Shown here: positions 39,442 to 50,515 of the stretch, one piece after another
Position numbering within the stretch: the first letter of the stretch is position 1
Layout: each line of letters starts with the position of its first letter
Assembly: GCA_041652815.1 (NCBI GenBank)
Contig: JBAZGN010000002.1
Location: forward strand, 238,261-302,260
Reading direction: 5' to 3'
Length of the DNA stretch: 64,000 nucleotides
Source of the DNA: Candidatus Omnitrophota bacterium
GTDB lineage: Bacteria > Omnitrophota > Gorgyraeia > Duberdicusellales > 4484-171
Notes under the pieces: model-generated
Told to the model about the DNA's origin: nothing
Seen by the model: only the letters and a program-made list of their open reading frames with translations
Database searches by the model: none
Program-made: the position numbers and the translations under genes

Positions 39442-40299
39442 ATGAAAAAGCTTTTAATCGCATTACTTATAACTGGCGCTATCGTAAATATTCCTGTTCT
39501 TTCTTATGCAGGTCCCCCGTTTAATAGTCTTGAAGGCGAGGGTGGTGTGGCATTTAATCCATTGGCATATGTCGCTGATTCTACAGAAGAAGGCAGCCAT
39601 TTAACAGTCAAGGGTGTGGATATTATAGGTAAGCCGCGGTTCGGCGCCTGGTATGTAAATCTTCCCGATTCAAAAATTGACTGGACCGCTTTCGGCGTTG
39701 CTGATACTTTATTTAAGAGGATTGAGATTTCCTATGGTTATGAAACAATTAATTGGGAAAATCATCCGACATTTCACAAGAATAATATCGGAGCCAAGGT
39801 GCTGCTTTTGGATGAAAATTCCTTTGGTTCGCAGTTTGTTCCTGCATTTTCAATCGGAACTATCTATAAGACGACCAGCGCCAACAGCTTGCACCAATTG
39901 GGATTACCACTGCGCACAACCGGTGTTGACTGGTATGCGGTAGCAACGAAAACAATTACGCAAACCCCGCTGCCTGTGATTCTTTCCGGAGGCATACTTT
40001 CTTCTCAGGAGTATGTTACCGGTGTGCTTGGATTTGATACGGATAGAGAAATAACTGGGTTTGCTAATATTGATGTGGTTTTGCCACACGGTTTTGTGGT
40101 GGGCTATGAGTTTAAGCAGGGAGAGCAATTTGATGACGGATATAAAAACGCTAACTATTGGGACGCGCATTTGGCGTGGCTCGCGAACAAAAATCTTACC
40201 ATTATTGCAGCTTATACTTATACGGGAAATGTTAAGACCGAAACAACAAGGACTGGGTTGGGCGGAGGGTTTGTGATAAGCGCTCAATATGCTTTTTAG
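39442..40299 (+). CDS. Outer-membrane beta-barrel protein (putative porin), signal peptide, C-terminal ...YAF
   Basis: It has a signal peptide, an alternating amphipathic pattern and a terminal aromatic residue. Confidence 0.5.
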   Translation: MKKLLIALLITGAIVNIPVLSYAGPPFNSLEGEGGVAFNPLAYVADSTEEGSHLTVKGVDIIGKPRFGAWYVNLPDSKIDWTAFGVADTLFKRIEISYGYETINWENHPTFHKNNIGAKVLLLDENSFGSQFVPAFSIGTIYKTTSANSLHQLGLPLRTTGVDWYAVATKTITQTPLPVILSGGILSSQEYVTGVLGFDTDREITGFANIDVVLPHGFVVGYEFKQGEQFDDGYKNANYWDAHLAWLANKNLTIIAAYTYTGNVKTETTRTGLGGGFVISAQYAF

Positions 40300-40304
40300 T
40301 AATG

Positions 40305-40338
40305 ATTATTCCGGGTAAGTACGCTTACCCGGAATAAT
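40305..40338 (+). terminator. Hairpin ATTATTCCGGGTAAGT-ACGCTTACCCGGAATAAT after the OMP gene
   Basis: It is a 14-bp near-perfect stem, but it lacks a clean U-tract. Confidence 0.4.
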
Positions 40339-40355
40339 TTAAAAGAGGAGGTTAA

Positions 40356-41648
<1,293 letters not shown>

Positions 41649-41662
41649 TTAAGGAGGAAAAC

Positions 41663-42598
41663 ATGGCTAGAATTTTTAATAATATAGTTGATACAATTGG
41701 TAATACCCCGCTGGTAAGATTAAATCGTCTTACCGAGGGATTAAACGCGACAGTGGTTGTTAAATTAGAGTCTTTTAACCCATTATCAAGTGTAAAAGAC
41801 CGTATAGGCGCAGCAATGATTGAGGATGCTGAGAAAAGAGGGATTCTTAAAAAGAATTCCGTAATCATTGAGCCTACAAGCGGTAATACCGGCATTGCGC
41901 TTGCGTTTGTTGCTGCAGTAAAAGGGTATCGTTTAATTCTTACTATGCCCGAAACTATGAGCGTTGAGCGCAGGCAGCTCTTAAAGATATTCGGCGCGGA
42001 GCTTGTGCTCACAGACGGAACTAAAGGTATGAAAGGCGCCATAGAGAAAGCGGAAGAATTGGCTAAATCTATTCCAAACAGCTTTATGCCTCAACAGTTT
42101 AATAATCCTGCAAATCCTGAAATTCATAGAAAAACAACTGCGCAGGAAATATGGAACGATACAGACGGTAAGGTTGATATTCTTATTTCAGGTGTTGGTA
42201 CCGGCGGAACGCTTACGGGTATTTCTGAAGTGATTAAGAAAAAGAAAAAAAGTTTTAAGGCAATTGCGGTTGAGCCTGCTGATTCTCCGGTTCTATCCGG
42301 TGGTAATCCCGGCCCACACAAAATCCAAGGTATAGGCGCAGGATTCCTGCCGCAGGTTTTAAACAAAGATATTATTGACGAGGTTATCCGTGTTACTAAC
42401 GATGATGCCGGAGAAACATCCAGGCGGCTTGCCAAGCTTGAAGGAATTCTTGCGGGAATTTCCAGCGGTGCAGCTGTTTGGGCGGCTTTAGAAGTAGCGA
42501 AAAGAAAAGAAAATAAAGAAAAACTTATTGTAGTTATACTTCCTGATACAGGGGAGAGGTATCTTTCTACCTGGCTTTTTCAGGATGCTAAATCTTAA
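41663..42598 (+). CDS. cysK: Cysteine synthase A (O-acetylserine sulfhydrylase)
   Basis: The PLP-lysine SSVKDR and the GTGGT loop are present. Confidence 0.85.
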   Translation: MARIFNNIVDTIGNTPLVRLNRLTEGLNATVVVKLESFNPLSSVKDRIGAAMIEDAEKRGILKKNSVIIEPTSGNTGIALAFVAAVKGYRLILTMPETMSVERRQLLKIFGAELVLTDGTKGMKGAIEKAEELAKSIPNSFMPQQFNNPANPEIHRKTTAQEIWNDTDGKVDILISGVGTGGTLTGISEVIKKKKKSFKAIAVEPADSPVLSGGNPGPHKIQGIGAGFLPQVLNKDIIDEVIRVTNDDAGETSRRLAKLEGILAGISSGAAVWAALEVAKRKENKEKLIVVILPDTGERYLSTWLFQDAKS

Positions 42599-42718
42599 TT
42601 TAAAAATTTGGACAAAAGCAAAATAACGTAATAAAATATGTGAAGTCTAATTTATGTGTTTTTGTCTTATTGGATAAATGTGTACTAAAATTGAATCTGG
42701 TTTTTGAAGGAGCAAACG

Positions 42719-43855
42719 ATGACTAAAACGAGCGTTGGCGCGGTTGAGACAAAATATTTTACTTTTGCAACTCCGCCCGAGGAGTTTATTCTTGAGAGTA
42801 AAGAGAGATTAAGCCCGGTTGTGCTTGCCTATGAAACATATGGCACGCTTAACCCGGATAAATCAAACGCGATTTTGATTTTACATGCTCTTTCCGGGGA
42901 TGCTCACGCGGCAGGATATTACAAAGATGAGGAAAAACCCGGTTGGTGGGATAATATGATTGGCCCGGGACGGGCTTTTGACACAGAAAAATATTTTGTT
43001 ATCTGTTCGAATATACTTGGAGGTTGCCGCGGCTCAACCGGCCCTTCTAGCATAAATCCTAAAACCAATAAACCATACGCCTTGGATTTTCCAGTTATAA
43101 GCATAGGCGATATGGTAGCAGCGCAAAAAGCATTGATAGATTATCTTGGCATTGATAAGTTGCTTACGGTTGTGGGTGGCTCAATGGGTGGAATGCAGGC
43201 TTTGGCGTGGCTCGTTAAATATTCCGATAGAATACGTAGCGCGATACCGATAGCCTGTGCGCTTAAACATTCTCCGCAGCAAATCGCTTTTGATGAGGTT
43301 GGCAGGCAGGCGATAATGGCTGATCCGGACTGGAAATCAGGGAATTACTACGGAGGAAAACCTCCGGACAAAGGCCTGGCTGTTGCAAGGATGCTTGGGC
43401 ATATTACCTACATGAGCGATATTTCTATGGCTGAAAAATTCGGGCGGCAGAAAAAAAATAACATTCAGCCTTTTAAGTTTACTGCCGATTTTGAGGTCGA
43501 GGGTTATTTGCATTACAGGGGGGATAATTTCGTAAAAAGGTTCGATGCGAATTCTTACCTTTACATTACTAAAGCCATGGATAATTTTGATGCATCGAAA
43601 GATAAACCATTGCACGAAGTGCTTTCCGGAAAACCCCTTAAGGTTTTGGTAATAGCATTTAAATCTGATTGGTTGTATCCGGTGTATCAGTCAAAAGAAA
43701 TCGTAAAAGTATGCAAACATGCCGGCATTGGAGCAAGCTTTTGCGAGGTTGATTCTACGTATGGCCACGACGCCTTTCTTTTAGAAACTGAAGAGGAAAC
43801 TCACCTTATTTCTCATTTTCTAAAAAGTGTTTCACAAAAACGAGGTAAAACATGA
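42719..43855 (+). CDS. metX: Homoserine O-acetyltransferase
   Basis: The alpha/beta hydrolase nucleophile motif GGSMGG is present. The RBS GAAGGAG precedes ATG 42719. Confidence 0.85.
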   Translation: MTKTSVGAVETKYFTFATPPEEFILESKERLSPVVLAYETYGTLNPDKSNAILILHALSGDAHAAGYYKDEEKPGWWDNMIGPGRAFDTEKYFVICSNILGGCRGSTGPSSINPKTNKPYALDFPVISIGDMVAAQKALIDYLGIDKLLTVVGGSMGGMQALAWLVKYSDRIRSAIPIACALKHSPQQIAFDEVGRQAIMADPDWKSGNYYGGKPPDKGLAVARMLGHITYMSDISMAEKFGRQKKNNIQPFKFTADFEVEGYLHYRGDNFVKRFDANSYLYITKAMDNFDASKDKPLHEVLSGKPLKVLVIAFKSDWLYPVYQSKEIVKVCKHAGIGASFCEVDSTYGHDAFLLETEEETHLISHFLKSVSQKRGKT

Positions 43856-44448
43856 AAGAAAACGAAATTATTAAAAGCGACCACAAAGCGATACTTGATA
43901 TGGTTGAGCAAAATTCATCAGTGCTTGATCTTGGTTGCGGCGGCGGAGAGCTACTTGAGCTTTTAACCCTGAGAAAAAATGTACGCGGCCAGGGCATAGA
44001 AATAGATGAGCAGGCGATATACAGGTGCGTGGCAAGGGGTTTAAGCGTGCTTCACGGCGATATAGATACCGGGCTTTCAGAATATAAAGATAAAGCTTTT
44101 GATTACATAATACTTAACCAGAGCCTCCAGCAGTTAAAGCACGTTGAAACTGTGCTTTTTGACGCGTTGAGAGTAGGTAAAAAAGTAATCGTTGGTTTTC
44201 CAAACTTTGCCTATTACCGGGCGCGCCTGCGCCTTTTCTTTAGAGGCAGAGTTCCTGTAACGGCGTCTCTTCCTTATACTTGGTATGAGACACCAAACCT
44301 GCACTTTTTGAGCACACTTGATTTTCTTGATTATTGCAGGGAAAAGAAAATCAAAGTTGAGCGCAAGGTGTATATTGCTGGAGAAAACCGTATATTCCTA
44401 TTGCCTAATTTTTTTGCGAACATAGGGATATTTCTTATTTCAAAATAA
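43852..44448 (+). CDS. metW: Methionine biosynthesis protein MetW
   Basis: The SAM-MTase-like motif is LDLGCGGG. It is coupled to metX. Confidence 0.75.
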   Translation: MKENEIIKSDHKAILDMVEQNSSVLDLGCGGGELLELLTLRKNVRGQGIEIDEQAIYRCVARGLSVLHGDIDTGLSEYKDKAFDYIILNQSLQQLKHVETVLFDALRVGKKVIVGFPNFAYYRARLRLFFRGRVPVTASLPYTWYETPNLHFLSTLDFLDYCREKKIKVERKVYIAGENRIFLLPNFFANIGIFLISK

Positions 44449-44593
44449 AAGGTTACGAATGTTACGCAGGTTACGAATGTTACGCAGGTCACACTTAATC
44501 ACGATGGTTCAATGTAACTTTCGTAACTTCCCGTAACCTGCCTCGCCTTGCTCGGCAAGGCGGGCATCCGTAACCCTCGTAACCCAAATAACA
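44449..44593. repeat. Intergenic dyad element, family R2, copy B
   Basis: It runs GGTTACGAATGTTACGCAGGTTACGAATGTTACGCAGG ... AATGTAACTTTCGTAACTTCCCGTAACC, with the GC hairpin CCTCGCCTTGCTCGGCAAGGCGGG. Confidence 0.7.
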
Positions 44594-46357
44594 ATGAATA
44601 TAATTTTAGTTGGTAATGCCAATGTTGGTAAAAGCGTTATCTTTAACGCGCTTACCAGAAGCTATGTCACTGTTTCGAATTACCCGGGCACAACCGTAGA
44701 CATATCAAAAGGCATAGCGAAACTCGGGCTACAGAATTTTACAGTCTACGATACGCCCGGGATAAACAGCCTCATCGTTCATTCCGAAGATGAAAAAGTA
44801 ACCCGCGATATACTTTCAAAAAGCGATATCACCTGCGTTGTACAGGTTGCTGACAGTAAAAACCTCAAACGTTCGCTTGTGCTCACCCTTGAGCTTATTG
44901 AATTGGGCCTGCCACTGGTGCTTAACCTAAATATGAGCGATGAAGCAAAAGAACGCGGCATAAGCATAGACATAAAAAAACTTTCTCAAAAATTGGGTAT
45001 AGATATTGTCGAAACAGTAGCGGTAACCGGAGAAGGTATTCCTAAATTAAAAGAAGCAATCTCCCGGGCGAAAACTACGCAACCGCCTAAAGGCTTTACT
45101 GTTTTTTCTTCTGATGAAATAGCCTCACTTAGGAAAAAAAATCAGAAAATTGAAGAATTATTGAGAGATATTTTGCGTATTTCAAAACCAAAAGCCAAAA
45201 GCGCGTCTGAATTTATAGGCGCTCTTACTGTAAGCCCCATAAGCGGAATACCAATACTTATTGTTGTGCTTTTTATAATGTATCTTTTTGTTGGTAGGTT
45301 AGCTGCTGTGTGGGGTGTAGATTTTTTTGAAAATAAGATATTCGGCCAATATATTAACCCGTTTTTAGGTGGTATTATAGATAAATTTATTCCAATACCA
45401 ATCGTCAAAGAATTTTTGATGGGTCAATATGGTATTATCAGCATGGCTGTTACTTACGCATTTGCCATAATATTTCCGATAGTAACTGCATTTTTTTTAT
45501 TTTTTGGAATACTCGAAGATTCAGGATACCTGCCGCGGCTTTCTGTGCTATCGGACAAGGTTTTTAGGATAATCGGGCTTAACGGCCGCGCAATACTTCC
45601 AATGGTGCTCGGCCTTGGCTGCGGCACAATGGCAACGCTGACCTCGCGGATATTGGAAACAAAAAAAGAGCGTATTCTGGTTAGTATTATACTTACGCTG
45701 GCGATTCCCTGTTCTGCACAGCTGGGCGTGATTATGGCAATGCTTAGCCAGTTTTCGCTAAGGGCATTTCTTCTTTGGTTTTCCACGATTCTTTTCGTCA
45801 TAATCACTATTGGATTTTTATCTTCGAGATTAGTTCCGGGTAAGCGTAGCCCATTTATTCAGGAATTACCTCCGATGAGGTTTCCCCAGATTGCAAACAT
45901 TATTGTAAAGACCGGCGCCCGCCTTAAATGGTACTTAAAAGAAGCAGTGCCTTTATTTATCCTTGGAACATTTATACTCTTTGTATCCGATAAAATAGGA
46001 TTGTTAAATTTAATAGAAAGAGTTTTAAGCCCATTTATTGTAGTCTGGCTGCATTTACCCAAAGAGACAACGGCTGCATTTATTATCGGCTTTTTACGAA
46101 GGGATTACGGCGCCGCCGGATTGTATCAATTGGCAAGAGCAGGCGTACTTGATAAAATACAAATTTTCGTAAGCCTTATTGTAATAACCTTGTTTGTGCC
46201 CTGTATTGCGCAGTTTTTCGTAACAGTTAAAGAAAGAGGCCTTAAAGTTGCGCTTATGATTGCCGGTTTCGTATTTCTTTTTGCATTTTTGGCAGGAGGG
46301 CTCTTGAATCATTTGTTGCGTTATTTGATTTTGGTGAAGGGGATAGCAGTGTTATAA
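44594..46357 (+). CDS. feoB: Ferrous iron transporter FeoB
   Basis: The N-terminal G domain (GNANVGKS, DTPG) is followed by a polytopic membrane domain. Confidence 0.8.
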   Translation: MNIILVGNANVGKSVIFNALTRSYVTVSNYPGTTVDISKGIAKLGLQNFTVYDTPGINSLIVHSEDEKVTRDILSKSDITCVVQVADSKNLKRSLVLTLELIELGLPLVLNLNMSDEAKERGISIDIKKLSQKLGIDIVETVAVTGEGIPKLKEAISRAKTTQPPKGFTVFSSDEIASLRKKNQKIEELLRDILRISKPKAKSASEFIGALTVSPISGIPILIVVLFIMYLFVGRLAAVWGVDFFENKIFGQYINPFLGGIIDKFIPIPIVKEFLMGQYGIISMAVTYAFAIIFPIVTAFFLFFGILEDSGYLPRLSVLSDKVFRIIGLNGRAILPMVLGLGCGTMATLTSRILETKKERILVSIILTLAIPCSAQLGVIMAMLSQFSLRAFLLWFSTILFVIITIGFLSSRLVPGKRSPFIQELPPMRFPQIANIIVKTGARLKWYLKEAVPLFILGTFILFVSDKIGLLNLIERVLSPFIVVWLHLPKETTAAFIIGFLRRDYGAAGLYQLARAGVLDKIQIFVSLIVITLFVPCIAQFFVTVKERGLKVALMIAGFVFLFAFLAGGLLNHLLRYLILVKGIAVL

Positions 46358-46443
46358 TATTACGCAGATGATCACAGTTAAAATCATCTGTGATCATCTG
46401 TTTTGCTATCTGCGATCATCTGCGTATAAAAAAGGAAAATAAA
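46358..46443. repeat. Intergenic dyad element (CAGATGATCACA words)
   Basis: GCAGATGATCACAG...ATCATCTGTGATCATCTG...CTGCGATCATCTGCG lies between feoB and the regulator gene. It may be the operator for the DtxR-like repressor. Confidence 0.5.
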
Positions 46444-47097
46444 ATGGATTATAACCAAAGAATCGAAGAGGCTTTAACTATAATCTGGGAAGAAAGAGAA
46501 AAGAAAATCTCCAATAAAGATGCGATAGCAAAAAGATTCTTGGAGGCTGTTAACGAAGACGTTTCCGAGAGTCTATTAAGCGAAGGATTTGTTTTAATAG
46601 AAAAAGATATTATAAAATTTAGCAATAAAGGCGAATCTAAGGCGAGAGATATCATTAGGCGCCAGCGTTTGGCAGAACGCCTTTTGATGGATGTGCTTGA
46701 ACTTGGTAGGAGGGAAGTTGATTCTTCAGCCTGTGCTTTTGAGCATATATTGTCGAAAGAGGTTGAAGAAAGCATCTGTACGCTTTTGGGCCACCCTAAA
46801 GAATGCCCTCACGGTTTAAGTATTCCAGCGGGTGCATGCTGCGAAAAAGCAAAAGGCTTAATTGAAAGTATTGTCATACCGCTAACCAAGCTTAAAGTCG
46901 CAGAGACGGGAAAAATTGTTTATGTCTTGACAAGAAATCACCCTCAACTCCACAGGCTTATGTCTTTTGGCATTGTGCCGGGTGCAAGAATAAAGCTTCA
47001 CCAAACCCAGCCATCTGTTATAATACAGGTTGAAGAAACGCAAGTAGCGCTGGAAGAAGAAATAGCGAAAGAAATTTATATTAAGAAGATAAGCTAA
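46444..47097 (+). CDS. DtxR/MntR-family metal-dependent repressor with C-terminal FeoA/SH3-like domain
   Basis: It has an N-terminal wHTH plus dimerisation region with metal-site His/Cys/Glu. The C-terminal SH3-like segment is KIVYVLTRNHP...IKLHQTQ. Confidence 0.5.
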   Translation: MDYNQRIEEALTIIWEEREKKISNKDAIAKRFLEAVNEDVSESLLSEGFVLIEKDIIKFSNKGESKARDIIRRQRLAERLLMDVLELGRREVDSSACAFEHILSKEVEESICTLLGHPKECPHGLSIPAGACCEKAKGLIESIVIPLTKLKVAETGKIVYVLTRNHPQLHRLMSFGIVPGARIKLHQTQPSVIIQVEETQVALEEEIAKEIYIKKIS

Positions 47098-47144
47098 CAT
47101 TTATAATAAATTGATACCTAAGCTATTTGTAATTTAAGATAGCA

Positions 47145-47282
47145 AATTAAACAGGGGAGGTCGTGAAACGACCTGAGAGTTCCCGTAAACGGGATTACCC
47201 TTTGAACCTGTTCCGCTTTAGGCGGAACCACCTAAATATCTGTATGGGGTGGTGGTCTGGATAATGCCAGCGTAGGGAGTAG
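47145..47282 (+). promoter_or_regulatory. TPP (THI-box) riboswitch
   Basis: The GGGGAGG...CTGAGAG J3-2, ACCCTTTGAACCTG and CTGGATAATGCCAGCGTAGGGAG core are present. It lies upstream of thi4-thi4-thiM-thiE. Confidence 0.7.
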
Positions 47283-47297
47283 GTGTAATCATAATTA

Positions 47298-47330
47298 ATC
47301 CTTGTGTTGCTGGCACAAGGATTTTTCATT
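47298..47330 (+). terminator. Intrinsic terminator (riboswitch expression platform) ATCCTTGTG-TTGCTGG-CACAAGGAT + TTTTT
   Basis: It is a 9-bp stem plus a U-tract immediately 3' of the aptamer and 5' of the thi4 RBS. Confidence 0.6.
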
Positions 47331-47346
47331 TTAACAGGAGGTTGCG

Positions 47347-48147
47347 ATGTTTGAAAGGGTAAGTGAGGCGCAAGTAAGCAGGGCGATTGTCGGTGAATTT
47401 ACTAAATGGTTTCAGGAATATATTGTTTGTGATGCAATTATCATAGGCGGCGGACCAAGCGGGCTTGTAGCGGCGAAAGAATTGGCAAGCTCAGGATTTA
47501 AAACTTTAGTAGTTGAGAGTAATAATTATATCGGTGGAGGTTTCTGGATTGGTGGATATTTGATGAATACCTTAACCTTTCGATCGCCTTCCCAGGAAAT
47601 CCTTGATGAGCTTAAAATTCCATATAAAGAGGTAGAGAATAATTTGTTTGTTTCTGATGGGCCTTCGGCATGCTCCAAACTCATTTCTGCCGCATGTGAC
47701 GCGGGGGTAAAAATTCTTAACATGACAAAATTTGACGATGTTGTGCTTCGAAACAACAGGGTGGAAGGGGTTGTTATTAATTGGACGCCAGTATCGGCAT
47801 TACCAAGAGCTATAACTTGTGTAGATCCTATTTCGTTGGAGTCCAAGATTGTTATTGATGCTACAGGGCACGATGCATGGGTTTGTAAAAGTTTGGAAAA
47901 AAGGCATTTAATAAAGCTTGAAACTTTTGGCCCTATGGATATTAATACTTCGGAAGATGCTGTAGTTGAAAAGACAGGAGAGATTTATCCGGGCTTGTTT
48001 GTGTCAGGTATGGCCGTATCTACAGCGTATGGTATACCTCGTATGGGCCCGACTTTTGGTGCGATGTTGTATTCCGGTAAAAAAGTGGCAAGTCAGGTAA
48101 AGAAAATATTATCAGCTAATTCCCAAGATTTACTTCATGTCAAATAA
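47347..48147 (+). CDS. thi4: Thi4-family thiazole synthase, paralog 1
   Basis: The FAD/NAD Rossmann motif IIGGGPSGL, the ATGHDA motif and the C-terminal GMAV...GIPRMGPTFGAM motif are present. Confidence 0.75.
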   Translation: MFERVSEAQVSRAIVGEFTKWFQEYIVCDAIIIGGGPSGLVAAKELASSGFKTLVVESNNYIGGGFWIGGYLMNTLTFRSPSQEILDELKIPYKEVENNLFVSDGPSACSKLISAACDAGVKILNMTKFDDVVLRNNRVEGVVINWTPVSALPRAITCVDPISLESKIVIDATGHDAWVCKSLEKRHLIKLETFGPMDINTSEDAVVEKTGEIYPGLFVSGMAVSTAYGIPRMGPTFGAMLYSGKKVASQVKKILSANSQDLLHVK

Positions 48148-48201
48148 CCCCATTGACATGCTGTTAATGACGAAACAGATTTTTATAAAAAAGGAGTAAA
48201 A

Positions 48202-48975
48202 ATGCAGCTAGATGAAATTAAAATTTCCAAAGCTATCATTGAGTCGTTTAACAAAAAATTGATAGATGCCTTGGATGTTGATGTGGCGATAGTTGGAGCA
48301 GGCCCTGCTGGAATGGTTTGCGGCTATTATCTGGCAAAAGCTAATAAGAAAGTTGTGCTTTTTGAGAGAAAACTTTCAGTTGGAGGAGGAATGTGGGGCG
48401 GTGGAATTATGTTTAATGAAATTGTAGTACAGGCTGCGGCCAAAAGAATCTTGGATGATTTTGGCGTTAAAAGCCGGCTTTATGAGAAAGGTTATTACCT
48501 TGCTGATTCGATTGAATCTGTTTCAGTTATCTGTTCGAAAGCGGTTCAGGCAGGATTGAGGATTTTCAATCTAATTAGCGTTGAAGATGTAATGGTGCGG
48601 AGCAAAAAAGTAACCGGGCTTGTGTTAAACTGGACAGCAGTTGAAATGGCGAATTTGCATGTTGACCCGATTACAATGCGGGCTAAATTTGTAGTGGATG
48701 CGACAGGCCATCCAGCAGAAGTGGCAAGGATTGTTGAAAGAAAATCAGGCATAAGGCTTGAAACTAAAACCGGTAAAACCATGGGCGAAGAATCAATGTG
48801 GGCAGAAGTCGGAGAAGATACCATTGTGAAAAATTCCAAAGAAATTTGCCCCGGCTTATATGCATGCGGTATGTGTGCAAATGCCGTATTCGGCGGGCCA
48901 CGCATGGGCCCGGTATTTGGCGGAATGCTTTTGGCCGGAGAGCATGTTGCAAAAGACTTGCTCAAGGTGCTTTAA
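48202..48975 (+). CDS. thi4: Thi4-family thiazole synthase, paralog 2
   Basis: The [15 protein letters not shown] and GMCA...[12 protein letters not shown] motifs are present. Confidence 0.7.
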   Translation: MQLDEIKISKAIIESFNKKLIDALDVDVAIVGAGPAGMVCGYYLAKANKKVVLFERKLSVGGGMWGGGIMFNEIVVQAAAKRILDDFGVKSRLYEKGYYLADSIESVSVICSKAVQAGLRIFNLISVEDVMVRSKKVTGLVLNWTAVEMANLHVDPITMRAKFVVDATGHPAEVARIVERKSGIRLETKTGKTMGEESMWAEVGEDTIVKNSKEICPGLYACGMCANAVFGGPRMGPVFGGMLLAGEHVAKDLLKVL

Positions 48976-49012
48976 AGTTATAATATAATTTATTGTGTGG
49001 GGGTGCGTTAAT

Positions 49013-49816
49013 ATGATTAAAACAAAAATTGATGTGTGTAGTTTATTAAAGAAAATCAGAAAAGAGAAGCCAATTGTGCACCATTTAACCAATTGGGTTA
49101 CGATTTATGATTGTGCAAACATAGTAAAAGCGGTGGGTGCTTCTCCGGTTATGGCGCACGCCAAAGAGGAAGTCGCTGAAATGGCGAATATTGCCTCAAG
49201 CCTTGTTTTAAATATCGGAACGCTAACGCCCGAATTTGTTGAGGCAATGAAAATTGCTGCCAGAAGTGCAAATAAAAAGGGAATTCCTGTTATCCTTGAT
49301 GTTTGCGGCGCAGGCGCAACGCGGTTACGCGATGAAAAATCTTTTGAGTTGTTAAATGAAGTAAAGATAGATATTATTAAAGGAAATGCTTCCGAAATTG
49401 TGAGGCTTTCCGGAGAAAACATTCGGACAAAAGGCGTAGATTCTGCCGAGGTCGAGCAAGATATACTTGCTGTTAGTGGGTGGCTTGCAAACAGGTTTAA
49501 AGCCGTTATTGTAGCCACAGGCAAGCATGACATTGTAAGAGGTAAAGACAAGAGCTATATTATAAAAAATGGCCATCCGATGATGACGCATGTTGTAGGA
49601 ACTGGCTGTATGGCAGCATCGGTTATCGGAGCATTTGCCGCCGTTAGCAAAGATTTAATTTATGCAGCCTCATCTGCGCTTGTATGTTTTGAGGTTGCTG
49701 CAGAGCTTGCTGCTAAAAAATCCAAAGGCCCGGCTTCGTTTAAGGAGGAACTATTTGATCGTATTTTCAATTTAGACGAAAGAACAATCAATAAAATGCA
49801 AAAGATATATTTATGA
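49013..49816 (+). CDS. thiM: Hydroxyethylthiazole kinase
   Basis: The ThiM-like core includes the ...MMTHVVGTGC region. RBS GGGGGTG is 5 nt before ATG 49013. Confidence 0.8.
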   Translation: MIKTKIDVCSLLKKIRKEKPIVHHLTNWVTIYDCANIVKAVGASPVMAHAKEEVAEMANIASSLVLNIGTLTPEFVEAMKIAARSANKKGIPVILDVCGAGATRLRDEKSFELLNEVKIDIIKGNASEIVRLSGENIRTKGVDSAEVEQDILAVSGWLANRFKAVIVATGKHDIVRGKDKSYIIKNGHPMMTHVVGTGCMAASVIGAFAAVSKDLIYAASSALVCFEVAAELAAKKSKGPASFKEELFDRIFNLDERTINKMQKIYL

Positions 49817-50418
49817 AAGGTTATTATTTTATTACAGGTAGCTTTTTAAGCCGGCTTGGAAACGTAAGTGACGTTAAAAATGCTTTGAAGGCAGGAGTAA
49901 AAATCGTGCAGTACCGTGAAAAAAATGCGGCTACTTACGAAATGTATATCGAAGCGCTTAAGTTAAGAAAAATCTGCAAAGACATAATTTTTTTGATAAA
50001 CGATAGAGTCGATATAGCTTTGGCATCCGGCGCAGACGGCGTTCATCTTGGGCAAAGTGATTTACCGTATCGAATGGCAAGAAAATTATTGGGAAAAAAG
50101 AAAATCATTGGAGTTACCGTGCATAGTTTAAAAGAAGCTAAGGTGGCACAGGCTAAAGGCGCTGATTACGTGGGTATTGCGCCGATATTTCCTACCTCAA
50201 CAAAACCGGATGCAAGAAATCCCGTAGGAATAGAATTAATACAGGAGATAAAAAAGCATATAAACTTACCTATAGTAGCTATAGGCGGTATAAATCTTTC
50301 AAATGCCAAGGAAGTGATTGCATCCGGAGCCAATTGTGTATGTGCTATATCTGCAGTGGTTGCCAGCAAAAACGTAAAGCGTCAAATAAATAAATTTCAA
50401 AAGATGTTTAATGCTTAG
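49813..50418 (+). CDS. thiE: Thiamine-phosphate synthase
   Basis: The TIM-barrel ThiE motifs INDRVDIAL...GADGVHLGQSD are present. The length is 201 aa. Confidence 0.85.
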   Translation: MKGYYFITGSFLSRLGNVSDVKNALKAGVKIVQYREKNAATYEMYIEALKLRKICKDIIFLINDRVDIALASGADGVHLGQSDLPYRMARKLLGKKKIIGVTVHSLKEAKVAQAKGADYVGIAPIFPTSTKPDARNPVGIELIQEIKKHINLPIVAIGGINLSNAKEVIASGANCVCAISAVVASKNVKRQINKFQKMFNA

Positions 50419-50515
50419 AAGAATCGTATAAGGTTATGTATAGCTTTACTGTGCTGCTTTCCGCCTTATAAATTTTCCTCTTTAAATAAAGCCTAATTAC
50501 GGTAAAATAATAATC

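Noticed and set aside
42599-42718. Possible SAM riboswitch upstream of metX
   Set aside because: The spacer is ~120 nt, but none of the SAM-I/II/III consensus segments were recognisable. It was left unannotated.
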